From: Fidelibacterota bacterium
GTDB taxonomy: Bacteria; Fidelibacterota; UBA2242; JAFGTP01
Direction of reading: 5' to 3'
Length of the DNA stretch: 64,000 bases
NCBI GenBank assembly: GCA_016934035.1
Contig: JAFGTP010000069.1
Location: forward strand, 6,073 to 70,072
Program-made: the position numbers and the translations under genes
The notes under the pieces: model-generated
Databases searched by the model: none
What the model saw: only the letters and a program-made list of their open reading frames with translations
Told to the model about the DNA's origin: nothing
Shown here: positions 29,175-39,389 of the stretch, in pieces
Layout: every line of letters begins with the position of its first letter
How positions within the stretch are numbered: the first letter of the stretch is position 1

Positions 29175-31040
29175 CTAATTATTTAGAGTCAACCCTATTG
29201 TAAACATTCGACCCGGCATGGGAAATCCCTTCATCATTTCATATTCCTTATCTAAGAGATTATCAACACGACCATTGAGGCTGAGATATGAATTCAGAAT
29301 ATAACTTGTATGGAAATCCAGAAGAAAATAGTCATCGGTCTTAACAATGGTGTTGGTGTAATTATAGGGATTTTCTAGACTGTGCAACCCACCGACAAAC
29401 TGGGCATCCAGGCGGGCAAAAAGTTTTTCAGGCAGGTTAAACCGGACACCCAGATTCAGTTTGCTCTCCGGACTGTTGGTCAGAGTTTTGGAAAAATCAT
29501 TAAAGGAACAGGCCAGATGAATACCCCAAAAGGGAGGCAGCAGAAGTTCACTTTCAAACTCAACACCCTGGATATTAACTTTTCCGACATTCCGGTAAAG
29601 CGGGCCGGCCACAAAAGTTTTTTCAATCAGGTTTGTCAGGTCTGTTTTATGGACAGTGATTCCGGCATGAAACCACTCTGCAATTGCTTTTTCAACTGAA
29701 GCTTCAAGGGTCTCTGACACTTCGGCTTCCAGGTCTTCCGTTGATGGCAGAAAGAGATACATTTCATTGATAGTCGGGTTTCGATAACCTTTTGAATAGC
29801 GCAACTTAAAGTTGTAATTCCTCGGTAACTTGACAATAGCCCCGGCAGCAGGCACCCATTGGTCTCCGATTACTGAATGGTCCGTGTACCGTATCCCGGC
29901 TTCGAAAATGATTCTGTCCAGAAAGCGATGGTGTAAATTTACAAGGCCGCTTACCTCTGCAACATCGTGTTCTTTCCAGTCAGGCCAGGCGCCGTTGACA
30001 ATTGCCTTACCTCCAGACTGACGGGCATCAAATCCGACCGTTAGGTTGCTTTCAGCGGCATAATGAAAAGTTTCCGTCACAATCAAACCTGTCATAAAAT
30101 CATCGGATTCATAATTGCTCCCATCCAGAATCTCATGATGACCGAAATTGTGATGCAATTTTAAATTTCCGGTCATTTTCCCATGGCTGTGGACCAGGGA
30201 CAAATCCCCTCCGGTTCGCAGAATATTGAACACATGATCCGTAAAGGGGCTGGTGATCTGGCCCGGGTCCCAGACTTCATAATCCGATGAATAAAAATTC
30301 ATTTTAGCTTTCAAATTTTGCGAAAATCGAACATTGGCAACCAGATTCAGGTTTAAAGATTCATAATCGTCGCATCCTTGTTCCCGAAAACCTTCACTGG
30401 TTATGTACCCGCCACTGATTGAATAGCCAAAATTAGCGATGCCGCAGGAATGGGTCAGGCTGATATTTTGTGTGTTAAAACTGGAATATTTAATAGGAAC
30501 TTTTATTCTGAATTCCTTTTCAGCGATGTCTTTGGTAATAATATTGATGACTCCGCCCATGGCATTGGAGCCATAAAGTACCGACGCTGGCCCCCGAACC
30601 ACTTCAATGCGTTCGATATTGCCGGCAAGATAAGCATCGCCCAGCGGATGTCCGAAAAGCCCCATTACATCGGGACGTCCGTCGATCATGACCAACACCT
30701 GGGTGTTGGGAAAGGCCCCAACTCCCCGCATGGAAATTGTTCCGCCGGAACCACTGCCAACACCATAGCCGATGTTGGTGCGATTGGAAACAAAAAGCCC
30801 CGGCACATTTTCCGACAACAGATCCAATAAAGGTTGCTGCTCCTTGTCCTGCAGCACACTGGCATTCAAAACCGATATGGAAAGAGGTAAATCCTTGATT
30901 CGATTCATTGTCCGGGTGCCTGTCACCACGATTTGATCAAAATAGACAACATCCAGGGTATCTGTATAACCCATGGCCATGGTGGCAAATATCAGGATTG
31001 CCGAAAAAGATTTTCTAAAATTCATTCCAATTCTCCTCAT
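29175..31040 (-). CDS. TonB-dependent outer-membrane receptor
   Basis: 621 aa with a signal peptide. The plug region is DQIVVTGTRT...KDLPLSISVL, followed by ..GGVINIITK.. and a beta-barrel-type alternating C-terminus. Its ATG overlaps the nikR stop by 4 nt. Confidence 0.85.
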   Translation of the reverse strand: MRRIGMNFRKSFSAILIFATMAMGYTDTLDVVYFDQIVVTGTRTMNRIKDLPLSISVLNASVLQDKEQQPLLDLLSENVPGLFVSNRTNIGYGVGSGSGGTISMRGVGAFPNTQVLVMIDGRPDVMGLFGHPLGDAYLAGNIERIEVVRGPASVLYGSNAMGGVINIITKDIAEKEFRIKVPIKYSSFNTQNISLTHSCGIANFGYSISGGYITSEGFREQGCDDYESLNLNLVANVRFSQNLKAKMNFYSSDYEVWDPGQITSPFTDHVFNILRTGGDLSLVHSHGKMTGNLKLHHNFGHHEILDGSNYESDDFMTGLIVTETFHYAAESNLTVGFDARQSGGKAIVNGAWPDWKEHDVAEVSGLVNLHHRFLDRIIFEAGIRYTDHSVIGDQWVPAAGAIVKLPRNYNFKLRYSKGYRNPTINEMYLFLPSTEDLEAEVSETLEASVEKAIAEWFHAGITVHKTDLTNLIEKTFVAGPLYRNVGKVNIQGVEFESELLLPPFWGIHLACSFNDFSKTLTNSPESKLNLGVRFNLPEKLFARLDAQFVGGLHSLENPYNYTNTIVKTDDYFLLDFHTSYILNSYLSLNGRVDNLLDKEYEMMKGFPMPGRMFTIGLTLNN

Positions 31041-31447
31041 TGATGAGAATCATTTCCCGTCAAAGTAAAGGTTAATTTCCCATGCTTCACACCCCGAAGG
31101 GCCACCATCAGGTCTGCTAATTTCCGGATTTCAGAACATTTGCCTTTCAGGACAGCCACTTCCAGACAATTGTGGTGGTCCAGGTGAATGTGTAGTTTTG
31201 AAAGCACACTTCCATGATGGTTGTGTTGAATTTCATCCAGCTTTCGACTCAGGTCCGGTGTGTGGTGATCAAAAACCAAAGTCAGGGTCCCGGCCACAAT
31301 CGCATCAGAGTTGATTTGATCCTTCAGCAATGAATCCCGAATCAGGTCCCGCAAAGCTTCAGAGCGGTTTGCATAGCCTTTTTCTTTTATGCTGAGATCA
31401 AATTTTTCCAATAGTTCGTCTGGAAGAGAGACACCAAATCGTTTCAT
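31037..31447 (-). CDS. nikR: Nickel-responsive regulator NikR (ribbon-helix-helix + metal-binding domain)
   Basis: The probable start is MKRFGVSLPDELLEKFD (the track ORF starts 7 codons earlier, at 31468). The N-terminus is RHH. The C-terminal HIHLDHHNCLEVAVLKG resembles the NikR His/Cys nickel site. Confidence 0.8.
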   Translation of the reverse strand: MKRFGVSLPDELLEKFDLSIKEKGYANRSEALRDLIRDSLLKDQINSDAIVAGTLTLVFDHHTPDLSRKLDEIQHNHHGSVLSKLHIHLDHHNCLEVAVLKGKCSEIRKLADLMVALRGVKHGKLTFTLTGNDSHQ

Positions 31448-31618
31448 CACATCCCTCACTGGTAACACGAATAATTAATTTGTAACACTCAACAGGAAAG
31501 ATAAAAAAAAATATTTTTAAAACATAATTATTATAAAGATTTTTTTGAGCACCCCTATTGATTCTGACAGGCGAAGTAGGTCCCTTCGATATAGATTAGA
31601 AAAAATTACAAGGAGATA

Positions 31619-32803
31619 TCAATTGGTATAGATAAAATTATATTTCTGAAACCTGCCATCGGAAAAATTCCAGAGGATTTCCGTACACAGGTCCTTTTCA
31701 TAGGTGAATGAAATTTCAGCGTTTAGTCCTGTTTGATCCCGAAAATAGCCTCTTTTAATTTCCTGACCGGGTGTATGTTCAAACAGAATTACACCGCTGA
31801 GCCAGCCATCAAACTGACTTAACACGGCTTTAACCAGTTGATTTTCAGCATCGTAAAAATAATATTCATATCCCGCCAAAGATTTGTCGATGATACAGTT
31901 CCGGGCTACCAGATTCTTCCGTTCATCGTAATGATAGGTAAAATAGGCCCTGCGGCGGTCCGAATAGCTGCGATAGGATTGAGACAGTTTTCCTTCGCCG
32001 TCATATTCAAAGTGTGTGATTGTTGAAACTGAATCGGACCGGACATAGTTTTTGATTTTCAATAATCCATTTTCATTGTATTGATAAAAAGAGGCCCCAT
32101 TGATCTCACCATTAAAGCTGTAGTCCTCCTTCAAAATCCGGACACCATGAGGCACCTGCAGAAAGGGACTGGAATAAAAGTTTTTCGGTAATTTCAAATT
32201 TTCATACTGATAAAGAAATTTTTGGCCCCATTTTCCAGCAAAATCCCAGGTTTCTTCAATCAGGTTTCCCCAAGGGTCATAGCGGTAGTCCACATCAGCC
32301 ACGGCTTTTTCCTGATGAAATAACTGAGCGGATACCAGCCGTTTTTCCGTATTATAGCGGAATTTCATTTGCCCGGTCAGCCAGCCTTTATAATGGTCCA
32401 AATCAGCTGAGGCCAGCAACCCTTCTTCATACTGGCAGGTTGCAGAGCCGGACCGGCCATCGGAACTGCTGAAGTACTCAGCGATTTTGTCTCCGTTTTT
32501 AGTGTAGGTCATGCGTTCAAAGGAGGTCAGGGAATCAGAAAAATCCCGGTACACAGAAAGTATGTTTCCATTGGCATTATGCTCGTAGTAATTGACCGAA
32601 TGACGAGAGCCATCCTTCAGCGACCAAAACCCCCGGGTCAAAATGCCCTTTTCATTATAGAGGAACTTCGTCTGACCCTCTTCGCCACTGGTATTGGAAT
32701 AAAACGAACGAATAATTCGAAAGCCATCAGCGGATTTTCCAAAGGGCTGGGCCTGACAAAAACCAAAAGCTATGAAGCCGATCATCAGGATTTTTTTAAA
32801 CAT
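31619..32803 (-). CDS. Secreted protein made of YD/RHS-like repeats
   Basis: 394 aa with a signal peptide. It has repeated Y.YD..G.L-type units (YRYDPWGNLIEE, FEYDGEGKLSQS, YHYDERKNLVAR, YFYDAENQLVKA). Confidence 0.55.
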   Translation of the reverse strand: MFKKILMIGFIAFGFCQAQPFGKSADGFRIIRSFYSNTSGEEGQTKFLYNEKGILTRGFWSLKDGSRHSVNYYEHNANGNILSVYRDFSDSLTSFERMTYTKNGDKIAEYFSSSDGRSGSATCQYEEGLLASADLDHYKGWLTGQMKFRYNTEKRLVSAQLFHQEKAVADVDYRYDPWGNLIEETWDFAGKWGQKFLYQYENLKLPKNFYSSPFLQVPHGVRILKEDYSFNGEINGASFYQYNENGLLKIKNYVRSDSVSTITHFEYDGEGKLSQSYRSYSDRRRAYFTYHYDERKNLVARNCIIDKSLAGYEYYFYDAENQLVKAVLSQFDGWLSGVILFEHTPGQEIKRGYFRDQTGLNAEISFTYEKDLCTEILWNFSDGRFQKYNFIYTN

Positions 32804-32821
32804 TTCACCTCCCTTTAATCT

Positions 32822-32850
32822 AAAAAGTCCTGAAGGGGCAGGACTTTTTT
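32822..32850. terminator. Bidirectional intrinsic-terminator-like hairpin
   Basis: The sequence is aaaa-agtcctg-aagggg-caggact-ttttt. It lies downstream of the minus-strand M29 / small-protein unit and 19 nt upstream of the YD-repeat gene start. Confidence 0.55.
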
Positions 32851-32987
32851 AGAGTTTATATAGTGCGATTTGAGGGTCATTTACTAGGATAATTTGGCGC
32901 AATCAGTAAAAGGTTTCAATCAATCCTAAACAAAAGAGTTAAAAAATGACACAAAATGAAAATAAAAAGAATGAAATTAAAAAAATA

Positions 32988-33212
32988 TCAATCATAATGA
33001 TAATGGTCCAGCATTTTGAAGTAGGTTCCCTGATCAATGGCCAGCCGGTGTCCACATTTGCAAACCATTTGATTATCAAGCACTTCAAAGTAAACTACCT
33101 GAATTTTAGATTTGTAGGCCCGCAACAGGCTGCCTTTTCCTTCTTTCAGGTACCTGAAAACCTTCTGATTGCATTTTTTGCAACGAATAGTCATAACTTT
33201 AGAATCAGACAT
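32988..33212 (-). CDS. Small Cys-pair (zinc-ribbon-like) protein, hypothetical
   Basis: 74 aa with CKKC...CKC Cys pairs. It lies 60 nt downstream of the M29 aminopeptidase gene on the same strand. I recognised no family. Confidence 0.4.
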   Translation of the reverse strand: MSDSKVMTIRCKKCNQKVFRYLKEGKGSLLRAYKSKIQVVYFEVLDNQMVCKCGHRLAIDQGTYFKMLDHYHYD

Positions 33213-33272
33213 GGCAGTGCCCTAAAAGACCTTTCTGAAAAATGTTCAGTCATCAGCAATATGTTCCGGGGT

Positions 33273-34463
33273 CTATTTTATTTTCCAGATATTGTCTTCG
33301 GAAAAAATCTCAACATTATCGAGAAATACACGCCGGCCAGAGCCGCCATACCGAAAATCAACCACAATATCCACATGTTGCGAGGATTCATTACATACTC
33401 CTGTCCGAATCAATTCTTCCAGCCAGATTTTTCCTTGCGGTGTATTCAGCTCACTGACAAAGCATTCCGGATAGGATTCACCGATGGCGATATGCAGGGT
33501 GCCGCCGACTTTTTCCACAAACAAAGGATGTTTCAGCGCCGTATGCAGGCCTTTGTTCATACCCAGAGCGACCTCACCGATTCGATGGGAGCCCTTGTCG
33601 GTTTCAATGATCATTTTCAATGTGTCAAATTCCTTTTGAGCTGAATACTCCACAATCTGACCGTCTTTTATTTTCAAATAAATGCCCTGAATGGTGACAC
33701 CGTTGAAAAAAACTGGCAGGTCAACAAAGATTTCGCCATTGACGGAATTGGCATTTGGTGAGGTGAAGACCTCGCCATCAGGAAAATTGGAGTGGCCAGT
33801 GCATTTGATAATATTGCGGCCGGAAATGTCCATAACCATCGTCAATTCTTTGCCTGTTTCAGGATTTTCCGTGATTATTTTAATTTCATCAGACCGGTCC
33901 ATCAGTTGGTAAATCGGTTCTTCGATCTCTTCCAGAAATTTCGGATCTGTGAGGGAGGTGGAAACCACAATTTTCGTGTATTCCTGGAGGGTCATGTTTT
34001 CCATTTTTGCAAACGCTTCGGTAGGAAAAAGCGTCAGCACCCAGGGTTTGCTGAGACGGATCTTTTTAAAAGGCATATCAGCCCTGTTAATGGCACTGTT
34101 GAGTTCTTCCGGCAGATTGGCAAAGAGTTCCGGGGATTCGGCCCCCAGGATTTCAATGTATTTGGTCATATTTTCATATCGCTGCTGGTGCCATTCGGGT
34201 GTGTTTTCAATCTGCTCTGGTGTTCCATGTTTGGCAATGGAAGCGCCCCAGACCTGTCCACGATTATTGTCCGGCGCCACCAGGTTGATGTCCGCCTGGG
34301 CTCCGGCTGCAAAAATTTTGTCCTGCAGTACGGACATTAGCGGCCAGGTGATGTATTCCCCTTTGAGCATGATAATGTCATCTTTTTTGATTCCCCCCAG
34401 GGAATGATTGAGCAGATAATCAGCCCAGATATCCAGGTCAGATTGTTTAATATGTGGTCTCAT
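33273..34463 (-). CDS. M29-family (AmpS/PepS-like) aminopeptidase
   Basis: 396 aa. The overall pattern, with ..IGEVALGMN.. and ..GGTLHIAIGESY.., resembles thermophilic metalloprotease (M29) signatures. Confidence 0.75.
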   Translation of the reverse strand: MRPHIKQSDLDIWADYLLNHSLGGIKKDDIIMLKGEYITWPLMSVLQDKIFAAGAQADINLVAPDNNRGQVWGASIAKHGTPEQIENTPEWHQQRYENMTKYIEILGAESPELFANLPEELNSAINRADMPFKKIRLSKPWVLTLFPTEAFAKMENMTLQEYTKIVVSTSLTDPKFLEEIEEPIYQLMDRSDEIKIITENPETGKELTMVMDISGRNIIKCTGHSNFPDGEVFTSPNANSVNGEIFVDLPVFFNGVTIQGIYLKIKDGQIVEYSAQKEFDTLKMIIETDKGSHRIGEVALGMNKGLHTALKHPLFVEKVGGTLHIAIGESYPECFVSELNTPQGKIWLEELIRTGVCNESSQHVDIVVDFRYGGSGRRVFLDNVEIFSEDNIWKIK

Positions 34464-34633
34464 CTATCCTCCTTTTTTCACCCGGTCCGGCAGACAAAGT
34501 GATTTTGTTCCGCTATTTAGTTTTTTTATTCCATTGATAACTCTTTTTGAAAATTTTTTATTCCTCTTTTGTTCCAACGAATTATATTATAGCGATAAAA
34601 TTTGTTAATTGTTAATTAAAAAGGGAGAGAAAA

Positions 34634-36022
34634 ATGGCAAAACGTGTGTTTGTATCGATTTTAATCAGCATCATGACAACCTTTCTGTTTGCTGAAAACG
34701 GCTTGAGTATGAAACAGGTTGAAAAACTGGCACAGTCCGTCCAGTTGGAAGGGACCAACAAACTCATTTACAATGCAGTCACCAACAATGACATCAATGA
34801 ACTGGCACTGGATCGCCAGGTGATGAACCAGTACAGTACGCTTGTCAATTTCAAACTCGACGTCAAAGGAATCACCAACCAAAAATCCACCGGCCGGTGC
34901 TGGATGTTTGCGGCGCTCAATACCATACGTCCGCTGGTCATCGAAAAATACGAGTTGTCTTCCTTTGAATTTTCCCAGAATTACCTGTTTTTCTACGACA
35001 AACTGGAAAAAGCCAATATGTTTCTCGATGAAATGATCAATCTGACCAAAGAGGACCTGATGAACCGCGATGTGGAAGAACTCATCGGCGACCCCATACC
35101 CGACGGCGGCTGGTGGAACTATGCCGTTGACCTGATCGGAAAATATGGCGTCGTACCCAAAGAAATTATGCCCGAAACTATCAGCAGCGAATCCAGCCGC
35201 ATGCTCAATTCCATCCTTTCCAAACTGCTGAAACACAATGCCATGGAATTGCGCAACCTGGCTGATAAAGGCGCCAAAAAGGACAAACTCCTGGCCCGTA
35301 AAAATGAAATGCTGGAAGATGTCTACCGGGTACTCGTACTGAACCTTGGAAAACCGGTGACAGAATTTGACTGGCGCTTTGAAAACAAAGACAAGGAGAT
35401 TCGGACATTGCACTTCACACCGCAGGAATTTTACAAAGAAGCCGTCGGCCTGGACCTTTCGGAATATGTCACTGTCCTGGAACACCCGGTATATGAATTT
35501 AATGACCATTACACCATCGAATACTGCCGCGGCATGTCCAATGTGCCGGACATGGATTTTGTCAATATCAGTTCCGGAGACTTCAAAGAATGGACAAAGA
35601 ACGCCCTGCAGGATTCACTGCCGGTCTGGTTCGCCGCCACTTCCGGGCCGGGAATGTCCCGGGAAAACGGCATCATGGATCCGAACCTGTACGATTATGA
35701 AACCTTATTCGATATTGAAATGACTTTCACAAAAAAAGAAGCCCTTCAATATGGCTGGGGTATTCCCAATCACGCCATGGTTTTTGTCGGCATGGACCTT
35801 GACGACAACGGAAATGTCAGCAAATGGCTGGTGGAAAATTCCTGGGGAAAAGAACGGGGCGACGGCGGCTACTACACCATGAGCAGCGACTGGTTTGACA
35901 AGTTCGTGTTCAATGTGATCCTGCCGAAAAAATACCTGCCTGAAAATGTTCAACAATTGCTGAAAAAAAAGACCCAGAAAATCCCTTCCTGGGACCCTAT
36001 GAGAGAGACTTTTCTGAAATAA
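34634..36022 (+). CDS. pepC: Aminopeptidase C / bleomycin hydrolase family (C1B cysteine peptidase)
   Basis: 462 aa. The catalytic Cys block is NQKSTGRCWMFAALN. A His block (PNHAMVFVG) and ..VENSWG.. follow. An N-terminal signal-like segment is present. Confidence 0.85.
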   Translation: MAKRVFVSILISIMTTFLFAENGLSMKQVEKLAQSVQLEGTNKLIYNAVTNNDINELALDRQVMNQYSTLVNFKLDVKGITNQKSTGRCWMFAALNTIRPLVIEKYELSSFEFSQNYLFFYDKLEKANMFLDEMINLTKEDLMNRDVEELIGDPIPDGGWWNYAVDLIGKYGVVPKEIMPETISSESSRMLNSILSKLLKHNAMELRNLADKGAKKDKLLARKNEMLEDVYRVLVLNLGKPVTEFDWRFENKDKEIRTLHFTPQEFYKEAVGLDLSEYVTVLEHPVYEFNDHYTIEYCRGMSNVPDMDFVNISSGDFKEWTKNALQDSLPVWFAATSGPGMSRENGIMDPNLYDYETLFDIEMTFTKKEALQYGWGIPNHAMVFVGMDLDDNGNVSKWLVENSWGKERGDGGYYTMSSDWFDKFVFNVILPKKYLPENVQQLLKKKTQKIPSWDPMRETFLK

Positions 36023-36046
36023 TTTTTTTACGGATCAAGATTTTAT

Positions 36047-36085
36047 AAAACCTCGCCGGATGGAAATTCCCGCGAGGTTTTTTTT
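36047..36085 (+). terminator. Rho-independent terminator after pepC
   Basis: aaaacctcgc...gcgaggtttt followed by a T8 run (36078-36085). Confidence 0.65.
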
Positions 36086-36637
36086 ACGGCCTGTTTTCTT
36101 AATGACGATGAATACTGCAGATGCTGGCTTTTGATTCCACAGGTCGCACTTCGTGACGGAAATGATGCACTGGCAGGAACTCTCCGCCAGGGCATGCCGC
36201 TCAGCCGCCGGAATAGGAGTCTGAACCTGTGATTTGCAGCTATAAAACTGAAATGGATATGGGGAATTTCTAACTGGATTTCAGAATTAGTTCTTTTAAT
36301 TTTAAATAAAATACGATAAAATCTGACATTATTTGAATGGAAACGATATTGTGAGGTGTGGGTAATGTTCGCATTCACTTTTTATTTAGATGCTAAAGTA
36401 AATAAATTTAATATAGAATAGACGCAATGCGTATATAATGAGTTGTGGGCAAGGCTAAAAAGACAGAAACGACATGAAAAAAATGTTTGCCAAAAAAGAA
36501 AATAAAAAGCCATCTCACATTGCACACATTTGCAAATTGCACGAGCCACCCAAATACCTAAATTTGCCAAAGAGTGCAATTTTTGCCTGCGCTCAACTGA
36601 ATATGAATAGACAACAATATAAATTGGAATTGAATTA

Positions 36638-39265
36638 ATGAAATTATCACTCGCACGATTAGAGACCTTCTTGGAAGAAGCATGTGAAAGCTTACGTGGA
36701 AACATGGATGCTTCAGAATATAAGGAATACATTATTGCCATGTTATTCCTGAAAAGAGTAAATGACCAGTTTGAAGTTCATCGCGAAACAAGAAGAAAAA
36801 ATCTTGTTGAAAAAAGAAATATAACAAACCCCGAAATACTCTACACTGAATTAGAACGAGAAAACGCACCGGAATACGATTTCTTTGTTCCCATCGCTGC
36901 CCGATGGAAAAAGTTTGAAGGCGACCCTGAAACAGACGAAGATGGAAATACAATCAATTACATAAAAGACTTACAGGAAGAAATTGGCGACCACCTGAAT
37001 ATCGCACTTGCTGCTTTAGAAGATGCCAACCTTGACAAACTAGACGGTGTTTTAAAATCCATCAACTTTAATCGCAGTATCGGTAAAAACAATAAACAAA
37101 TTACCGACGAAGATTTACGGGAACTGATTCGGGAGTTCAACAAAAAGAAACTCACAGACAACAATCTGGAATTTCCTGACTTGATGGGAGCCGCTTACGA
37201 ATACCTGATTAAATACTTTGCCGACAGTGCCGGTAAAAAAGCCGGAGAATTCTACACACCCAACGAAGTCGTGCGTTTACTGGTAAATATTCTGGAACCT
37301 GCCGAAGATGCCGAGATTTACGACCCAACAGTTGGTAGTGGCGGCATGTTGATTGAAAGTAAAAACTATGTGGAAAGTCGCTATGGTTCTGCCCGAAACC
37401 TTTCGCTGTATGGACAGGAGAAAAGCGGCACGGTTTGGAGTTTAAGTAAAATGAACATGCTGTTCCACGGCATTTATGACAGCAACATTGTTAACGGCGA
37501 TACACTGATGAATCCCTTGCATAAAAAACAAGGTGAATTACAAACTTTTGACATTGTGATTGCCAATCCGCCTTTCTCGCAAAACTACAGCAAAGACGGC
37601 ATGAAGTTCAAAGAACGTTTTAATCATTGGATGCCTGTGAAAGGCAAAGCCGATTTTATGTTCGTGCAGCATATGGTGGCTTCTACCAACAATGCCGGAC
37701 GTATGGCAGTAGTGATGCCTCACGGTGTATTGTTCCGCGGTGGTGAAGAACGCGAATTCCGCAAATGGCTCATCAACAAAGGCTATCTGGAAGCAGTCAT
37801 TGGCATGCCACCGGGCTTGTTTTACGGAACCGGAATTCCGGCTTCTGTAATTGTAGTAAATAAAAAAGATGCCCACCTGCGTGAAAATATATTGTTCATC
37901 AATGCCGACCGTGAATACAAAGAAGGTAAAAACCAGAATAAACTGCGCCCCGAAGACATTGAGAAAATCTCTTTTGTGTATAAGCACAAAGAACAGATTG
38001 ATAAATACAGCCGTTTGGTGAGCAAACAAGAACTGGCAGATGAAGAGTACAACCTGAACATCCGCCGCTTTGTGGACAATGCCCCGCCTGCCGAATCCCA
38101 CGACGTACATGCCCATTTAAAAGGTGGTATTCCTATAGATGAAGTGGATGCCTTGAATCATGCGTTTTCATCGTATCCCGGACTACGCGATAAACTGTTT
38201 ACCGAATCAAAAGAAAACTACTTGCGTTTTACCGATGCCGTTGCAGAAAAAGAAGATATTAAAAAACTACTGGACGAAAGCCCCGAAGTACAAACCACGT
38301 TTGCTAATTACACAAAAGGGTTGGAAAAATGGTGGAGCGAGGCCGTTGTTGATTTTAAAAAACTGCCCGAAGAAAACAACGTGTTTGAATTGTATGGCAA
38401 ATTTTCCGACAGCTTTGCACAAGCTCTTTTCAGTTTGCCTTTTGGTGAAGAGAACAATGGTGCAATACTGGACAAATATCAAAGCCACGGCGCGTTGGCT
38501 GCTTATTGGGACGAACTGAAAACCGACCTGAAAAGTGTGGCTGCCAGCGGCTGGAATGCCGAACTGATACCCGATGATGAAATTCTGCAAAGCCAGTTCC
38601 CCGAAGTGCTGAAAGAACTGCACGACAACCAAAACCGCAAGGAAGAACTGGACGCCCTGTTTGCCGAAGTAAACGAACTGGAAGAAGGCCTTTGGACCGA
38701 AGAAGAATACGATGTGTGGCCCAAAACCGAACTCAAAGAGCACAAAGATGCCATTAAAGCCGATAAGGGCGAACTGCGAGAACTAACCAAGGAAATCAAA
38801 AATCTGAACCGCAGGATAGCCGCCTATAAAAAAGCCGGGCAGGAAAAAGGTAGAGACGCATTACAATGCGTCTCCAATGTTAAGACGCGATTCATCGCGT
38901 CTCAACGATTATCAGAACAAATTGCCGCTGATGAAGCCCGTTTTGCCAAACACAGTGAGTTAGAAGCCGAACTGCGCGAATGCAAAAAAGTAATCAAGCA
39001 GATAAAAGACCGCAAACAGCAACTGGTGGATGAAGCCCGCTTAAAAATAACACCCGAAGAAGCCAAAGACTTAATTCTTGACCGCTGGAACCGTACCCTG
39101 CACCAGACCATATACGGCTACCTGCAGGCCCATACCCGCCAACTGCTGCAAAACATTGAAAAACTGTGGGACAAATACACCACTACCCTAAGCAGCATTT
39201 TAAGCAAGCGCGAAGAAGAAACCCAATTACTCAACCAATTCTTACATGAACTCGGCTATGAATAA
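36638..39265 (+). CDS. hsdM: Type I restriction-modification system methyltransferase subunit HsdM, with a long coiled-coil C-terminal extension
   Basis: 875 aa. It has an HsdM_N-like start (..[20 protein letters not shown]..), the SAM motif [12 protein letters not shown] and the catalytic IVIANPPFS motif. About 390 aa of charged helical sequence lie after the MTase core. Confidence 0.92.
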   Translation: MKLSLARLETFLEEACESLRGNMDASEYKEYIIAMLFLKRVNDQFEVHRETRRKNLVEKRNITNPEILYTELERENAPEYDFFVPIAARWKKFEGDPETDEDGNTINYIKDLQEEIGDHLNIALAALEDANLDKLDGVLKSINFNRSIGKNNKQITDEDLRELIREFNKKKLTDNNLEFPDLMGAAYEYLIKYFADSAGKKAGEFYTPNEVVRLLVNILEPAEDAEIYDPTVGSGGMLIESKNYVESRYGSARNLSLYGQEKSGTVWSLSKMNMLFHGIYDSNIVNGDTLMNPLHKKQGELQTFDIVIANPPFSQNYSKDGMKFKERFNHWMPVKGKADFMFVQHMVASTNNAGRMAVVMPHGVLFRGGEEREFRKWLINKGYLEAVIGMPPGLFYGTGIPASVIVVNKKDAHLRENILFINADREYKEGKNQNKLRPEDIEKISFVYKHKEQIDKYSRLVSKQELADEEYNLNIRRFVDNAPPAESHDVHAHLKGGIPIDEVDALNHAFSSYPGLRDKLFTESKENYLRFTDAVAEKEDIKKLLDESPEVQTTFANYTKGLEKWWSEAVVDFKKLPEENNVFELYGKFSDSFAQALFSLPFGEENNGAILDKYQSHGALAAYWDELKTDLKSVAASGWNAELIPDDEILQSQFPEVLKELHDNQNRKEELDALFAEVNELEEGLWTEEEYDVWPKTELKEHKDAIKADKGELRELTKEIKNLNRRIAAYKKAGQEKGRDALQCVSNVKTRFIASQRLSEQIAADEARFAKHSELEAELRECKKVIKQIKDRKQQLVDEARLKITPEEAKDLILDRWNRTLHQTIYGYLQAHTRQLLQNIEKLWDKYTTTLSSILSKREEETQLLNQFLHELGYE
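38853..38902. repeat. Two adjacent perfect hairpin repeats (AGACGC-N-GCGTCT cores) inside the hsdM reading frame
   Basis: The first hairpin is gagacgcatt-ac-aatgcgtctc (38853-38874; 10-bp stem). The second is agacgcgat-tc-atcgcgtct (38883-38902; 9-bp stem). They are translated in frame as ..[19 protein letters not shown].. Confidence 0.7.
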
Positions 39266-39279
39266 AATAAGGAAAACAA

Positions 39280-39389
39280 GTCTGAATACTTCGGCAGTCT
39301 CAGCACAAAGCCTTGATTCAATCGGATTGCAGGCTTGCCATGATATCGAATCATGTAATCAGGAAAATCAGGAAAATCATGGTTCAGAC
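39280..39389. repeat. 110-bp insert-like segment bounded by 7-bp inverted repeats (GTCTGAA...TTCAGAC) in the hsdM-hsdS spacer
   Basis: gtctgaa at 39280-39286 and ttcagac at 39383-39389. An internal direct repeat, atcaggaaa x2, lies at about 39358-39375. No coding potential is evident. Confidence 0.4.

Noticed and set aside
36043-36741. Two minus-strand ORFs (36043..36378 and 36382..36741) in the spacer upstream of hsdM.
   Set aside because: They have no motifs and no RBS context, and their composition is odd. One begins inside the pepC terminator region and the other overlaps the hsdM start. I treat the region as non-coding border DNA (see the finding on the left border).
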